From the NCBI GenBank assembly GCA_965223845.1, contig CBDCXR010000004.1, positions 1,376,001-1,440,000 on the forward strand: 64,000 bases of DNA, written 5' to 3'. Made by a program: the position numbers and the translations under genes. Source of the DNA: Planctomycetota bacterium. Lineage in GTDB: Bacteria; Planctomycetota; UBA8108; SXIK01. Each line of letters begins with the position of its first letter. Positions within the stretch are counted from its first letter, which is position 1. Under the pieces are notes generated by a model, which made no database searches, had not been told where the DNA came from, and worked only from the letters and a program-made list of their open reading frames with translations. Below are positions 17,757 to 27,240 of the stretch, in pieces.

Positions 17757-20700
17757 TTACGTCGCCGCAGCCGGCGCGGCGCCGCCGTCGACATCGGTCG
17801 GGCCCTCAGCGCGGGCGCTCCGCCGCGAGCGGAGGATCCGCGCGAACGGCCGCCCGATCGCCGCCACGGTGTCCTCGACGAGGCACGTCGTCGACGGGAG
17901 GAAGACGAGCGTCAACACGGTAGAGAGCGCAAGTCCGCCCATGAGAACGAGCGCCATGGAGAAATAGTACATGCCGCCGAGCGAAGGCTTCTGAATCACC
18001 ACCGGCGTCAATCCGAGTAGCGTCGTCAGCGCCGTCATCAGGATCGGACGCAGACGTTCGCGCCCGCCGAGGAGCATCGCATCGAGCCGCGCCTTCCCCT
18101 GACGCTGGTAATTGTTGACGTGCTCGAGCATCACGATCCCGTTGTTGACGACGACGCCGATCAAAAGCAGGATCCCGACGGCGGCCGGCTGATCAAAGTC
18201 GGTGCCGGTCAAGTAGAGCGTCCAGATCGCTCCGGTGAGTGCGAAGGGAAGAGAGACGAGGAGCGCGAGCGCGCGCACACTCGACTCGAAGAGGCTCGCC
18301 ATTACCGCGAACACGAGAAGGAGGGCGAGTCCGAGATTTACGATGAACTCGAACCATTGCTCTTGCTGACGCGTCCGCCAACTGCCGAAGGACCAGGAGT
18401 AACCGAACGGAAACTCCATGGCGGCCATCGCTGCCGTGACCGCAGGAATGTACTGCTCGCGCGTTCCCTTCTCGTACTCGGCGCCGACCCATACGCTCGT
18501 CAGTCGATTCTCGCGTTCGATGCGCTTCGGGCCGGGAACATTGTGAAAGTTTGCCACGGCCGCGAGGGGAACCTTCTGACCCGTGTCGGTCCAGAGCGGC
18601 AGATTGCGGAGCTGGGAGAGGCTCTCCGTCTCACGTTCATCGAGCGCTAGACGCATCTCCCGCTCGCCGTCGGCCGTCCGGTACTTGCGGAGGCGTCGGC
18701 CACGGAACGTGAGACCGATCGACGAGCCGACGTCGTTCGCCGTCACGCCGTAGCGGTCGGCGAGGTCGCGATCGGGCTCGATGTGGAGCTCCTGAATTCC
18801 CTGATCGTTTCCCATGAAGCTCGACTTGAGACCGGGGATGCCGTCGAGGCGGAGGCGCGCCTCCTCGGCCAGGTCGGCCAGGACCTCGCTGTCTTCGCCG
18901 ATGATTTGAAACGCGACGCGCTTGCCGCGGTCCCGGCGCCAGAAACTGCGCTCACGCGGGATTTCGAGGCGAATCCCCGGTAGCTGCGGGAGGATCTCCG
19001 CGAGTCGCCGGCGCACCTTCTCGACGTTTTCGTCGTTGACGAAACCGTCTTTCAGGTAAATCCGCGTCATGCTGTAGCGATCGCTCCACCAGCTGTAGAT
19101 CGACTTCGCCATCAGCTGCTCGCGGTAGGGCTCGAGATAGTTTTCGACCAGCGTTACGACCTCCTCGCGGCGGTCGATACTCAGGTCTTCACTGAAGTCG
19201 TAGCGCACCTCGGCGTAGAGAGAATTGCGCCGGCGACTGAAGTCGACATCGATGTTGAGGAAGGGATAGACGGCGGAGGCGGCCGTCCCAATCCCGATCA
19301 CGAGCGTGAGCCAGCGGTGGGCGAGCACGGCGCGGAGAAGTCGCTCGTAACGCTCCTCTAGCCAGACCATCCAGCGCTCCCGCGGTCGGGGCTTCGGTCG
19401 AATGAACCACGAGGTCGCGAGGGGGATGAGCGTCTGGCTGACGAAAAGTGACGCGAGGAGCGTGACGCAGACGGTGAGTCCGATCTCCTTGAGCGGAATG
19501 CTCATCTCGCTCGGTTTGTTGAAGATCGTCGGAAGAAAAACGATCACCGATGTCAGGGTCGCCGCGATGACGGCGAGCGAAACCTCGGCCGATCCGCGCC
19601 GCGCCGCCGTTTTTCGGTCTTCACCGCGCTCTTGATGGCGAAAAATGTTCTCGATAACGACGACGGCGTTGTCGACGAGCATCCCGATCCCGACGATGAG
19701 GCCGAGCAGCGTGAGAGTGTTCAGGTTTCGACCCTGCACCCAAACGATCCCGCAGGTCACGACGAGCGAGAGGGGGATCGAGAGAACGGAGATCACGGTC
19801 GTCGAGAACCGCCGGAGAAACACGTAGAGAACGATCGACGCGAGGATCGCGCCGAAGACGCCGGAGAAGAAGAGCTCGCGAAGCGTTCGGCGAATCTCTT
19901 TCCCTTGGTTGAAGCGCGTGAGAAACGTCACTCCGCGGAGCTCCGGATCGTCGTCCATCGCAGCGATGCGCTTCTCGAGCGCGGCGCAGACCTCGACGGC
20001 GTTCGCCTTGGCTTCCGCGCTCACCGTGATGCCGATGGCGAACTTGCCGTCGAGATGCCGGCCGAATTCGAGCGGCGGCTGCGCGTAGATCACGTCGGCG
20101 ACGTTCTCGAGGCGGAGGCCGTCGTCGCGGATCACGAGACGTCGGATCTGATCGATCGACGTGAAACTCGCCAGAGTCCGCAGCGTGTATCGCCGCGGCC
20201 CCTCGACGATCCGTCCCAGCGACTCGTTGAAGTTGTTGCTGGCTAGCACCTGAGCTACGTCGCGGACGTCGATTTGGTGGAGCTCGAGATCCGCGATGCG
20301 GAGATTGACGAGAACTTCCTTTGGTTCGACTCCGTCGAGCCGCACCTGCGCGACGCCAGGAACGCGCTGGAGCGGACGCACGATGCGTCGCTCGAGCGTG
20401 TCGTAGCTCTCGCTGAGATCGACCTCGGAGCTGAGCCGAACTTCGAGGATCGGATCATCGGCTTCACGACTGTGCCAGTGGTCGCTCACCTCGATGTCGC
20501 CGATGTCGTCCGGGAGCTCGCGTCGGACGCGGTCGATCTTTTCCCAGATTTCAACGCGAGCGAGGTAGAGGTCGGTGTCCCAGCTGAACTCGAGGCGGAG
20601 CGTGGCGCCATCGTCGCTGCAGCGCGAGTAGAGCTGGCGGAGACCGCCGACGCTGCCCAGTACATCCTCGAGCGGTCGGGCGATCATCCGCTCGACTTGA

Positions 20701-20870
20701 TCGGGTGAAGCGGAAGGATAGGGAACGCGGACGAACACCTCGGGCTCCTCCATATCGGGAAGGAACGCGAGGGGGAGGCGCGCGACGGCGACGGCACCGA
20801 GAACCGCGATGCTGACGAGGAGCATCAGGGTTGTGACGTGGCGGCGGATCGCGAGCTCAGGAAGCGTCAT
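17757..20870 (-). CDS. RND efflux permease subunit (AcrB/AcrD/AcrF family)
   Basis: 1037 aa; GMLVDNAVVVIENI and RERLRPILMTALTTLLGL. Confidence 0.93.
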   Translation of the reverse strand: MTLPELAIRRHVTTLMLLVSIAVLGAVAVARLPLAFLPDMEEPEVFVRVPYPSASPDQVERMIARPLEDVLGSVGGLRQLYSRCSDDGATLRLEFSWDTDLYLARVEIWEKIDRVRRELPDDIGDIEVSDHWHSREADDPILEVRLSSEVDLSESYDTLERRIVRPLQRVPGVAQVRLDGVEPKEVLVNLRIADLELHQIDVRDVAQVLASNNFNESLGRIVEGPRRYTLRTLASFTSIDQIRRLVIRDDGLRLENVADVIYAQPPLEFGRHLDGKFAIGITVSAEAKANAVEVCAALEKRIAAMDDDPELRGVTFLTRFNQGKEIRRTLRELFFSGVFGAILASIVLYVFLRRFSTTVISVLSIPLSLVVTCGIVWVQGRNLNTLTLLGLIVGIGMLVDNAVVVIENIFRHQERGEDRKTAARRGSAEVSLAVIAATLTSVIVFLPTIFNKPSEMSIPLKEIGLTVCVTLLASLFVSQTLIPLATSWFIRPKPRPRERWMVWLEERYERLLRAVLAHRWLTLVIGIGTAASAVYPFLNIDVDFSRRRNSLYAEVRYDFSEDLSIDRREEVVTLVENYLEPYREQLMAKSIYSWWSDRYSMTRIYLKDGFVNDENVEKVRRRLAEILPQLPGIRLEIPRERSFWRRDRGKRVAFQIIGEDSEVLADLAEEARLRLDGIPGLKSSFMGNDQGIQELHIEPDRDLADRYGVTANDVGSSIGLTFRGRRLRKYRTADGEREMRLALDERETESLSQLRNLPLWTDTGQKVPLAAVANFHNVPGPKRIERENRLTSVWVGAEYEKGTREQYIPAVTAAMAAMEFPFGYSWSFGSWRTRQQEQWFEFIVNLGLALLLVFAVMASLFESSVRALALLVSLPFALTGAIWTLYLTGTDFDQPAAVGILLLIGVVVNNGIVMLEHVNNYQRQGKARLDAMLLGGRERLRPILMTALTTLLGLTPVVIQKPSLGGMYYFSMALVLMGGLALSTVLTLVFLPSTTCLVEDTVAAIGRPFARILRSRRSARAEGPTDVDGGAAPAAAT

Positions 20871-23800
20871 CGCTCAGCTCCACGGGAGATTCGCTCTCGC
20901 AGGCGACGTGCGACGGAACGAGGGCGTAGACGGCGGGAATGACGATGAGAGTCAGTCCCGTGGCGAGAATCAATCCCGACGCGACCGTAATCGCGAGCGG
21001 CGCACGAAGTTCCGCGCCGTCCCCCCACGCGATGGCCATCGGGAGAATCCCGAGCACGGTCGTGAGCGTCGTCATCACGATCGGGCGGAGCCGGATGTGA
21101 CCCGCTTCGATGATCGCCGCCATCTTTGCTGCTCCACGCGCGCGAAGGCGGCGGATGGTGTCGACGAGGATGATCGAGTTGTTGACGACGATGCCGACGA
21201 GCATCACCGAGCCGATGAGAACGATGACGCTGATCGGAGTCGACGTCGCGTGGAGTCCGGCCGTGACCCCGATCAGAGCGAGCGGGACGGTGGCGAGGAC
21301 GATGAGCGGATGGAGGAACGACTCGAACGTCGATGCCATGACGAGATAGACGAGGAACACGGCGAGGAGGAGAGCGAAGCGCAAGCTCGCGAACGAGACC
21401 TGCATCTCGCGATTTTGTCCGCCGACCTCCGTCGAGAGCTTCTCCGGCGGCTCGTGGTTCGCGAGGAATGCCTCGACATCGTTGATCGCCGCGCCGAGGC
21501 TGCGCCCGCGAACGCTCGCCGTGATCACGGCGGCTCGCTGTTGTTGCACGCGGTGGACCTCCGCCGGGCCGCGATCGAGAACGACGTCCGCCCACGTGAG
21601 GAGGCGGGTGGGGGCGTTCTCCGCACCGGGAACGATGAGGCGTTCCACGTCGCCGACGGAGGCGCGATCGCTCGCTCGATTCCGGATGCGGATGTCGATC
21701 TGTCGATCCTCTTCCTTGAATCGCGTCGGCACGACGCCGAGGACGCGATTCTTGAGCGTCGCCGACATCGGCGCGATATCGAGATTGCTCGCGGCAAGGC
21801 GGTCGCGGTTGAACGCGACCTGGAGCTCCGGGTTCCCTGCTTCGAGAGAGGAGCGAACGTCCACCAGCCCCGGAATCGCCGCGAGCGATTCTGCGAGATC
21901 GACCGAGTAGGCGCGGAGATCGTCGAGCTCTTCACCGAACACGACGACCTCGATCGGCGTTCGCAAGCTGAAATACGACGGACGGCCGAACTTGATCTCG
22001 AGGTCGGGAACATCGGCGAATTCGTCGCGAAGAGACGCGATCACCGTCTCTTCCTCGGCGGCCTCGACCTCGTCGTTGAGAACGAAGTTGAGCTGCCCCA
22101 AGTGTTCACCGCGAGTATTGAGCGACATGCCGCCGGCCACGAGGCGACTTCCCGCGGTCGAGTACGTGTTGGCGATCGCCTCGTGCTTCGCGGCGGCGGC
22201 ATTGAGTTCGCCGATCGTGCGGTCGCTCGCCTCGAGGGAGGTTCCCTCCGGGAGATTGACCTCGAAGTAGAACTTCCCTTCGCGAAGCTGCGGAATCAGT
22301 TCCTGACCGAGAAACTGAAGCGACCAGATCGACAGGAAGAGGCAGGAGAAGGCCAGCAACACCGTCGCAAAGCGCAAGCGGAGCGCGAGGCGGAGGACGC
22401 GATCGTAGAGGCGCGAAAGAACGCCGAGAGTCATCGTCTGCGACTTCGCCGGGTCGTTCAGCGATTCGGAATCCGGGGCATTTGCCGTGGCCGTCGCCGA
22501 TCGGCGGCGCGAGCCCGCTGCGCTCAGCATCGGGATCACGGTAATCGCGACGGCGAAGGAGGCGAGGAGACTGATCGTGACCGTCCAGGCCTGGTCGCGA
22601 AACATCTGGCCCGCGATTCCTTCGACGAACACGATCGGAAGGAACACTGCGACCGTCGTCAGAGTCGAGGCCGCGACGGCGGCGCCCACCTCCGAGGTTC
22701 CCGTGACTGCGGCCGAGCGGATATCGAGGCCTTGCTGACGGTGCCGGAAGATCGACTCGAGGACGACGATCGAGTTGTCGACCAGCATGCCGATCCCGAG
22801 GGTGAGTCCGCCGAGCGACATCAGATTGAGCGAGATGTCCGCCCGGTACATCACCATGAACGTCGCGATCACGGAAAGCGGGATGGAAAGGCCGATGATC
22901 AGCGTACTGCGGAGATCTCGGAGAAAGAGAAAGAGGACTGCGATCGCGAGCAGACCCCCGACGAGCGCGGCGTCGCGAACTCCGTCGACCGCGGCTTCGA
23001 TGAAGTGCGACTGATCGAAGAGCACCACGAGCTCATGGCCTGGAGGGAGCTTGCGCTCCCACTCGTCGAGTTTCTCGCGGATCCGGTGAGCGACGTGAAC
23101 GGTGTTCGCGTCGCCCTCCTTGTAGAGGGCGAGCTCGACCGCCTCGACGCCGTTGAGTCGCGTGATCTCGACGCGGTCCTTGGCGCCTCGACTGACGGTC
23201 GCAACTTCGCGGAGGCGAACCGAGGCGGATCCCTGCTGCCAAACGATCAGGTTCTCGATCTCTTCGAGGTCGTCGAACTCGTTGATCGTCCGAATGAGGT
23301 ATTGCTCGTCTCTCCCGCGAAGCGCCCCGCCGGGGAGGTTCAAATTCGAGGCTTCGACGACCTGGCGGATGCGGTCGATCGGAATCTCGAGCGCCGCGAG
23401 GCGTTCCTGGTCGATCTCGATCTGGATCTCTTCCTCGAGTCCGCCCTTCACCTGGGCGGAGGCGACGCCCTTGATCGTCTCGAAGTCCGTCTTCACCTTG
23501 TGCTCGGCGAAGTATCGCATCGCGCGGAGATCCTCTCCGCCCGCGAGCGCCAAGCGGACGATGGGATCGAGCGAAGGATCGAAGCGAAGGACGATCGGAT
23601 CCTCGGCTTCGTCCGGAAGGATCAGTCGGTCGAGCTTCTCGCGAACCTCCATCGAGAGGAGATCCATGTTCGATCCCCACTCGAACTCGAGCGTGACCTC
23701 GGACGCTCCCGACCGCGACACCGAGTGGATCGACTGGAGGCCGCGCAGCACTCCGACCGCTTCTTCGACCGGCCGAGTGACGAGATTCTCGACCTCCTCG

Positions 23801-23970
23801 GGCGCCGTGTCGGGGAAATCCGTCTGCACGGTGATCGAGGGGTAGGAGAGATCGGGAAAGAGCTCGAGCGCGAGACGCGAGAATCCGACGGCGCCGAACG
23901 CGACGACCGCGAGCGCGGTCATCGTCACGGTGACGGGTCGTCTCACCGCGAACGAGACGATCCTTCGCAT
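20857..23970 (-). CDS. RND efflux permease subunit (AcrB/AcrD/AcrF family)
   Basis: About 1037 aa; GMLVDNSIVVLESI and RLRPIVMTTLTTVLGILP; TGATG overlap with the MFP stop codon. Confidence 0.93.
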   Translation of the reverse strand: MRRIVSFAVRRPVTVTMTALAVVAFGAVGFSRLALELFPDLSYPSITVQTDFPDTAPEEVENLVTRPVEEAVGVLRGLQSIHSVSRSGASEVTLEFEWGSNMDLLSMEVREKLDRLILPDEAEDPIVLRFDPSLDPIVRLALAGGEDLRAMRYFAEHKVKTDFETIKGVASAQVKGGLEEEIQIEIDQERLAALEIPIDRIRQVVEASNLNLPGGALRGRDEQYLIRTINEFDDLEEIENLIVWQQGSASVRLREVATVSRGAKDRVEITRLNGVEAVELALYKEGDANTVHVAHRIREKLDEWERKLPPGHELVVLFDQSHFIEAAVDGVRDAALVGGLLAIAVLFLFLRDLRSTLIIGLSIPLSVIATFMVMYRADISLNLMSLGGLTLGIGMLVDNSIVVLESIFRHRQQGLDIRSAAVTGTSEVGAAVAASTLTTVAVFLPIVFVEGIAGQMFRDQAWTVTISLLASFAVAITVIPMLSAAGSRRRSATATANAPDSESLNDPAKSQTMTLGVLSRLYDRVLRLALRLRFATVLLAFSCLFLSIWSLQFLGQELIPQLREGKFYFEVNLPEGTSLEASDRTIGELNAAAAKHEAIANTYSTAGSRLVAGGMSLNTRGEHLGQLNFVLNDEVEAAEEETVIASLRDEFADVPDLEIKFGRPSYFSLRTPIEVVVFGEELDDLRAYSVDLAESLAAIPGLVDVRSSLEAGNPELQVAFNRDRLAASNLDIAPMSATLKNRVLGVVPTRFKEEDRQIDIRIRNRASDRASVGDVERLIVPGAENAPTRLLTWADVVLDRGPAEVHRVQQQRAAVITASVRGRSLGAAINDVEAFLANHEPPEKLSTEVGGQNREMQVSFASLRFALLLAVFLVYLVMASTFESFLHPLIVLATVPLALIGVTAGLHATSTPISVIVLIGSVMLVGIVVNNSIILVDTIRRLRARGAAKMAAIIEAGHIRLRPIVMTTLTTVLGILPMAIAWGDGAELRAPLAITVASGLILATGLTLIVIPAVYALVPSHVACESESPVELSDDAS

Positions 23971-25121
23971 CACTCGGCCTCAGCGGCGGGGGGCGGAGTG
24001 AGCTCCGCGGTGAGAATGGCGAGCTTCGCTCCGTGCTTGAGGGAGCGTTGTCCTTTGACGACGACGGATTCTCCCGGGCGGATCCCGCTCAGAATCTCGA
24101 CGCTCTGCGAATCGGAGAATCCGACCTCGACGATCCGTCGCTCGGCCGTCGTCGCAGCTCCGTCTTCTTCTCGCACGGCCACGTACGCGATCTGGTCGCC
24201 CTTGTCCGGGAACACCGCCCCGCGCGGGACGAGCACCGTGTCCGCGTGCGTCTCCGTGACGATCTTCACCTGCGCGAAGTCGCCGGGCCGGATTCCGTCG
24301 GGGTACTCGGGCACCTCGATCGTGACCTTGATGGTTCCCGTCGACGGATCGATCACCGGACTGATGAGGGTGATCGTCCCGCGGAGTCGCTCCCCCGTGC
24401 TGTCGAGAACGAGCTCGACGGTCTGCCCGAATTGAAGCTGCTGAAACTCCTTCGCCGGCACGTGGACGCGCGCGAGCAATGGGTCGAAATCGGCGACCGC
24501 GAAGAGAGGGGTCCCGACGTTCACGGTTTGGCCCTCTTCGACGAGTCGTTCGACGATCCGTCCGCTGAGAGGTGACTCGACCTGGGCGTAGGAAAGCTCG
24601 AGGCGTGCGAGTCCCTCGTCCGCCTTCGCCGTTCGAAGGTCGTTCCGCGTCTGATCGAGCTCCTCGCCGGTGACGAGATCCGGCGAATCCTCGATTCGCC
24701 TGAGCTGCGTCTCGAGATGCTCTCGCTTCGCCGCCGCCTGCTCGACCTTGAGCTGGAACTCCGCGTCGTCGATCCGGAGAAGCGCATGCTCGAGCTGCAC
24801 GTCGTCACCCTCCTCGACGAGGAGCTCGCGGACGATCCCGGGCACTCGAGCGAGCACCTGGGCTCGACGCTCGGCTTCGAGCGTGGCGGTTGCGCTGTAG
24901 TAACTCGAGATCGAGCCGATGACCGCGTCCTCGACGGCGACGGGAATGGCACGCGCGGAACGGGCGGCTTCGGCAGTCGAGCCCGGGCGAGTGCCGGTCG
25001 GCGGCTCGCCGCCGGCGCTCGGCGAACAGGCGCTCAGAAAAATCGCCGCGAGGAGCGCGACCGCGACGGCGGAAGTCGGTCCCCTGCGGACGACGAACGA
25101 GTTCCACATGACACTGTTCAT
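23970..25121 (-). CDS. RND periplasmic adaptor (membrane fusion protein), lipoprotein
   Basis: Lipobox FLSAC; lipoyl halves (VEEGDDV, SPLSGRIVERLVEEGQTV); ISPVIDPSTGT; IRPGDF. Confidence 0.92.
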   Translation of the reverse strand: MNSVMWNSFVVRRGPTSAVAVALLAAIFLSACSPSAGGEPPTGTRPGSTAEAARSARAIPVAVEDAVIGSISSYYSATATLEAERRAQVLARVPGIVRELLVEEGDDVQLEHALLRIDDAEFQLKVEQAAAKREHLETQLRRIEDSPDLVTGEELDQTRNDLRTAKADEGLARLELSYAQVESPLSGRIVERLVEEGQTVNVGTPLFAVADFDPLLARVHVPAKEFQQLQFGQTVELVLDSTGERLRGTITLISPVIDPSTGTIKVTIEVPEYPDGIRPGDFAQVKIVTETHADTVLVPRGAVFPDKGDQIAYVAVREEDGAATTAERRIVEVGFSDSQSVEILSGIRPGESVVVKGQRSLKHGAKLAILTAELTPPPAAEAE

Positions 25122-25379
25122 GGAGGCGATTCTACCTTCTCGGCTGGATTCTCTTCACGCCCTCTCGTCTCTCGTCTCCGAGGACGTTCGGGACCGGAAA
25201 CGGACGCTCGCCGAGGCGGACTTCGCAACCGAGCGCGGCGGACTCGAGCCGAAGTCGCCCGTACGGCGAACACGCGGCGAACTGCATCGTCCGCGCCGCT
25301 CCCCGAGCCGGCGTGACAGAGATTGGAGGCCCCGGGACCCACGAGTTTTTTCGGATTCCCCGTGGGGAACGAGGCGGGC

Positions 25380-26828
25380 TCACGGACGACTGCGTCCCGA
25401 GGTGCGATAACCCTCGAGAATCACCTGCAGTCGATCGGCGATCTCGGGTCGCTCGCGCGCCCGATTGAGGGTCTCGCTCGGGTCTGACGCGAGATCGTAG
25501 AGCTGAACTTCCGTGCCGTTCGGGGACTTCGCGGGATCGACGCGCCGCGGCGCGGAGAAGCCTCCCGACCCCAGCCCGAGAATCAATTTCCAGCGGCCAT
25601 CGCGGATCGCGAACATGCCGTCGAGCGAGTGGTGGACGATCGTCCGCCGCGGCCGCTCCGGGACGCCGCCCTCGAGCCTTGCGAGGAAGCTGAAGCTGTC
25701 TTCGCCGCTGTCCGGCGGGAGCGCTTCGCCGAGAAGCTCGGCGCACGTCGCAAAGATGTCGGTCAAGCAGACGAGCTGATTCGAGGTCGTCCCCGGTCGA
25801 ACTCGTCCGGGCCAGCGTACGAGAAAGGGCACGCGGTGCCCGCCCTCCCAGATGTCCGCTTTCTGACCGCGGAGATGTCGGTTCGCACGGTGTCCGAACT
25901 CGTCGATGTCTCGTTGATACCAGTGCGCGCCGTTGTCACTAGTGAAGACGACGAGCGTGTCGTCTTGGCGGCCCGCGCTTTCGATCGCGGAGAGAACTCG
26001 ACCGACGGCCGCATCGACGTGCACAACGAAGTCGCCGTAGTATCCTGCGCCGCTCGTTCGGCGGAACGACTCGTGGGGGAGCCACGGCGTGTGCGGCGCC
26101 GTGAGCGGTAGATAGAGAAAGACCGGCTGCGCCGGCGATCGTCTCGCCGTGAGGACGTCGATCGCTTCGTCGGCGAGTCGATCGAGTACGTCCGCGTGAC
26201 GAAATCCCGGTGCGATTTTTCCCTCCCGCCAATAGCCACCGCCCTTTTGCCGTCGGTGAGCGCTCTTCTCGATGCGCGTTGACAACTCTCCGACGGCGCT
26301 CTCGTCCTTCACGTAGAGGTAAGGGGGAATGTCGAGTGACGACGGGATTCCGAAGAAGGAATCGAATCCGATCGAGATGACTCCCGGTCGGAGCGGCTTC
26401 GTGTAATCGGTCGCCTTGGCGTCGCCGAAGCCGAGGTGCCACTTTCCGACGCATGCGGTGCGGTAGCCCTTCGCTCGAAACAGCATCGGGAGAGTCGTCC
26501 GCTCCGGCGCGATCAGGCTCGGCGATGTTCCCCAGAGAACGCCGCTCTTCAGGCGAGTTCTCCAGCAGTAACGTCCCGTGAGGAGCCCGTACCGGGTGGG
26601 GGAGCAAACAGCGGATGGCGAATGCGCATCGAGGAAGCGCATCCCCTCGGCCGCGAGTCGGTCGAGATTCGGCGTCGGGATCTTCGATGCCGAGTTGTAG
26701 CAACCGAGATCGCCGTAGCCGAGGTCGTCCGCAAGGATGACGACGACATCGGGACGATCGGTTTCTGCGCCGGCGCCGATCGGGATGACCAGGAAGAGAA
26801 CGAGGGCGAAGAGCGAGTTCCGAAGCAT
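25380..26828 (-). CDS. Arylsulfatase (formylglycine-dependent, S1 family)
   Basis: ILADDLGYGD, CSPTRYGLLTGRY, GKWHLG, FTSDNG and GQKADIWEGGHRVP; signal peptide from ATG 26828. Confidence 0.93.
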   Translation of the reverse strand: MLRNSLFALVLFLVIPIGAGAETDRPDVVVILADDLGYGDLGCYNSASKIPTPNLDRLAAEGMRFLDAHSPSAVCSPTRYGLLTGRYCWRTRLKSGVLWGTSPSLIAPERTTLPMLFRAKGYRTACVGKWHLGFGDAKATDYTKPLRPGVISIGFDSFFGIPSSLDIPPYLYVKDESAVGELSTRIEKSAHRRQKGGGYWREGKIAPGFRHADVLDRLADEAIDVLTARRSPAQPVFLYLPLTAPHTPWLPHESFRRTSGAGYYGDFVVHVDAAVGRVLSAIESAGRQDDTLVVFTSDNGAHWYQRDIDEFGHRANRHLRGQKADIWEGGHRVPFLVRWPGRVRPGTTSNQLVCLTDIFATCAELLGEALPPDSGEDSFSFLARLEGGVPERPRRTIVHHSLDGMFAIRDGRWKLILGLGSGGFSAPRRVDPAKSPNGTEVQLYDLASDPSETLNRARERPEIADRLQVILEGYRTSGRSRP

Positions 26829-27240
26829 GTGGGGTACCGCTGGTTTTCGGGCGTTCGTGAGCTTCCGGCGCGATCCCGGATTCGTCCCGAGCATCGGTCC
26901 GTGGTGCGGCGAGCGGCCGTAGGGGGAGCTGACGAAGACGTGGCCCGCGCTGACCGAACCTCTGGTTCTAACACAGCGAGGATCAGGGTGGCGACACATC
27001 CGATGCGCGGATTCCAGCCCGCGGTCGAGCCGTGCACTCGCGGCCGGATCGAACACGGCGCGAGGAGATCATCGACGGCGAACGTCGGTGCGGCTGAGTT
27101 CCGAGAACGAAGCGCGACCGGTACGCCCTAGGACTTCGTTCCGGACCGAAGGCCGACGAGACCGAAGAAAAGGGAAGCTGCGCACCCGCGCTCCCCCTAG
27201 CAATCCCCCCGCAGTCGATTCTCGCGCCCTCGAGGTTCAC

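Noticed and set aside
20809-24435. 1208 aa plus-strand ORF and many other long antisense or alternate-frame ORFs (e.g. 28660-30861, 60112-62100, 30890-32890)
   Set aside because: They overlap well-supported genes and are R/D/G-rich with no motifs. Such shadow ORFs are expected at high GC with biased codon use.
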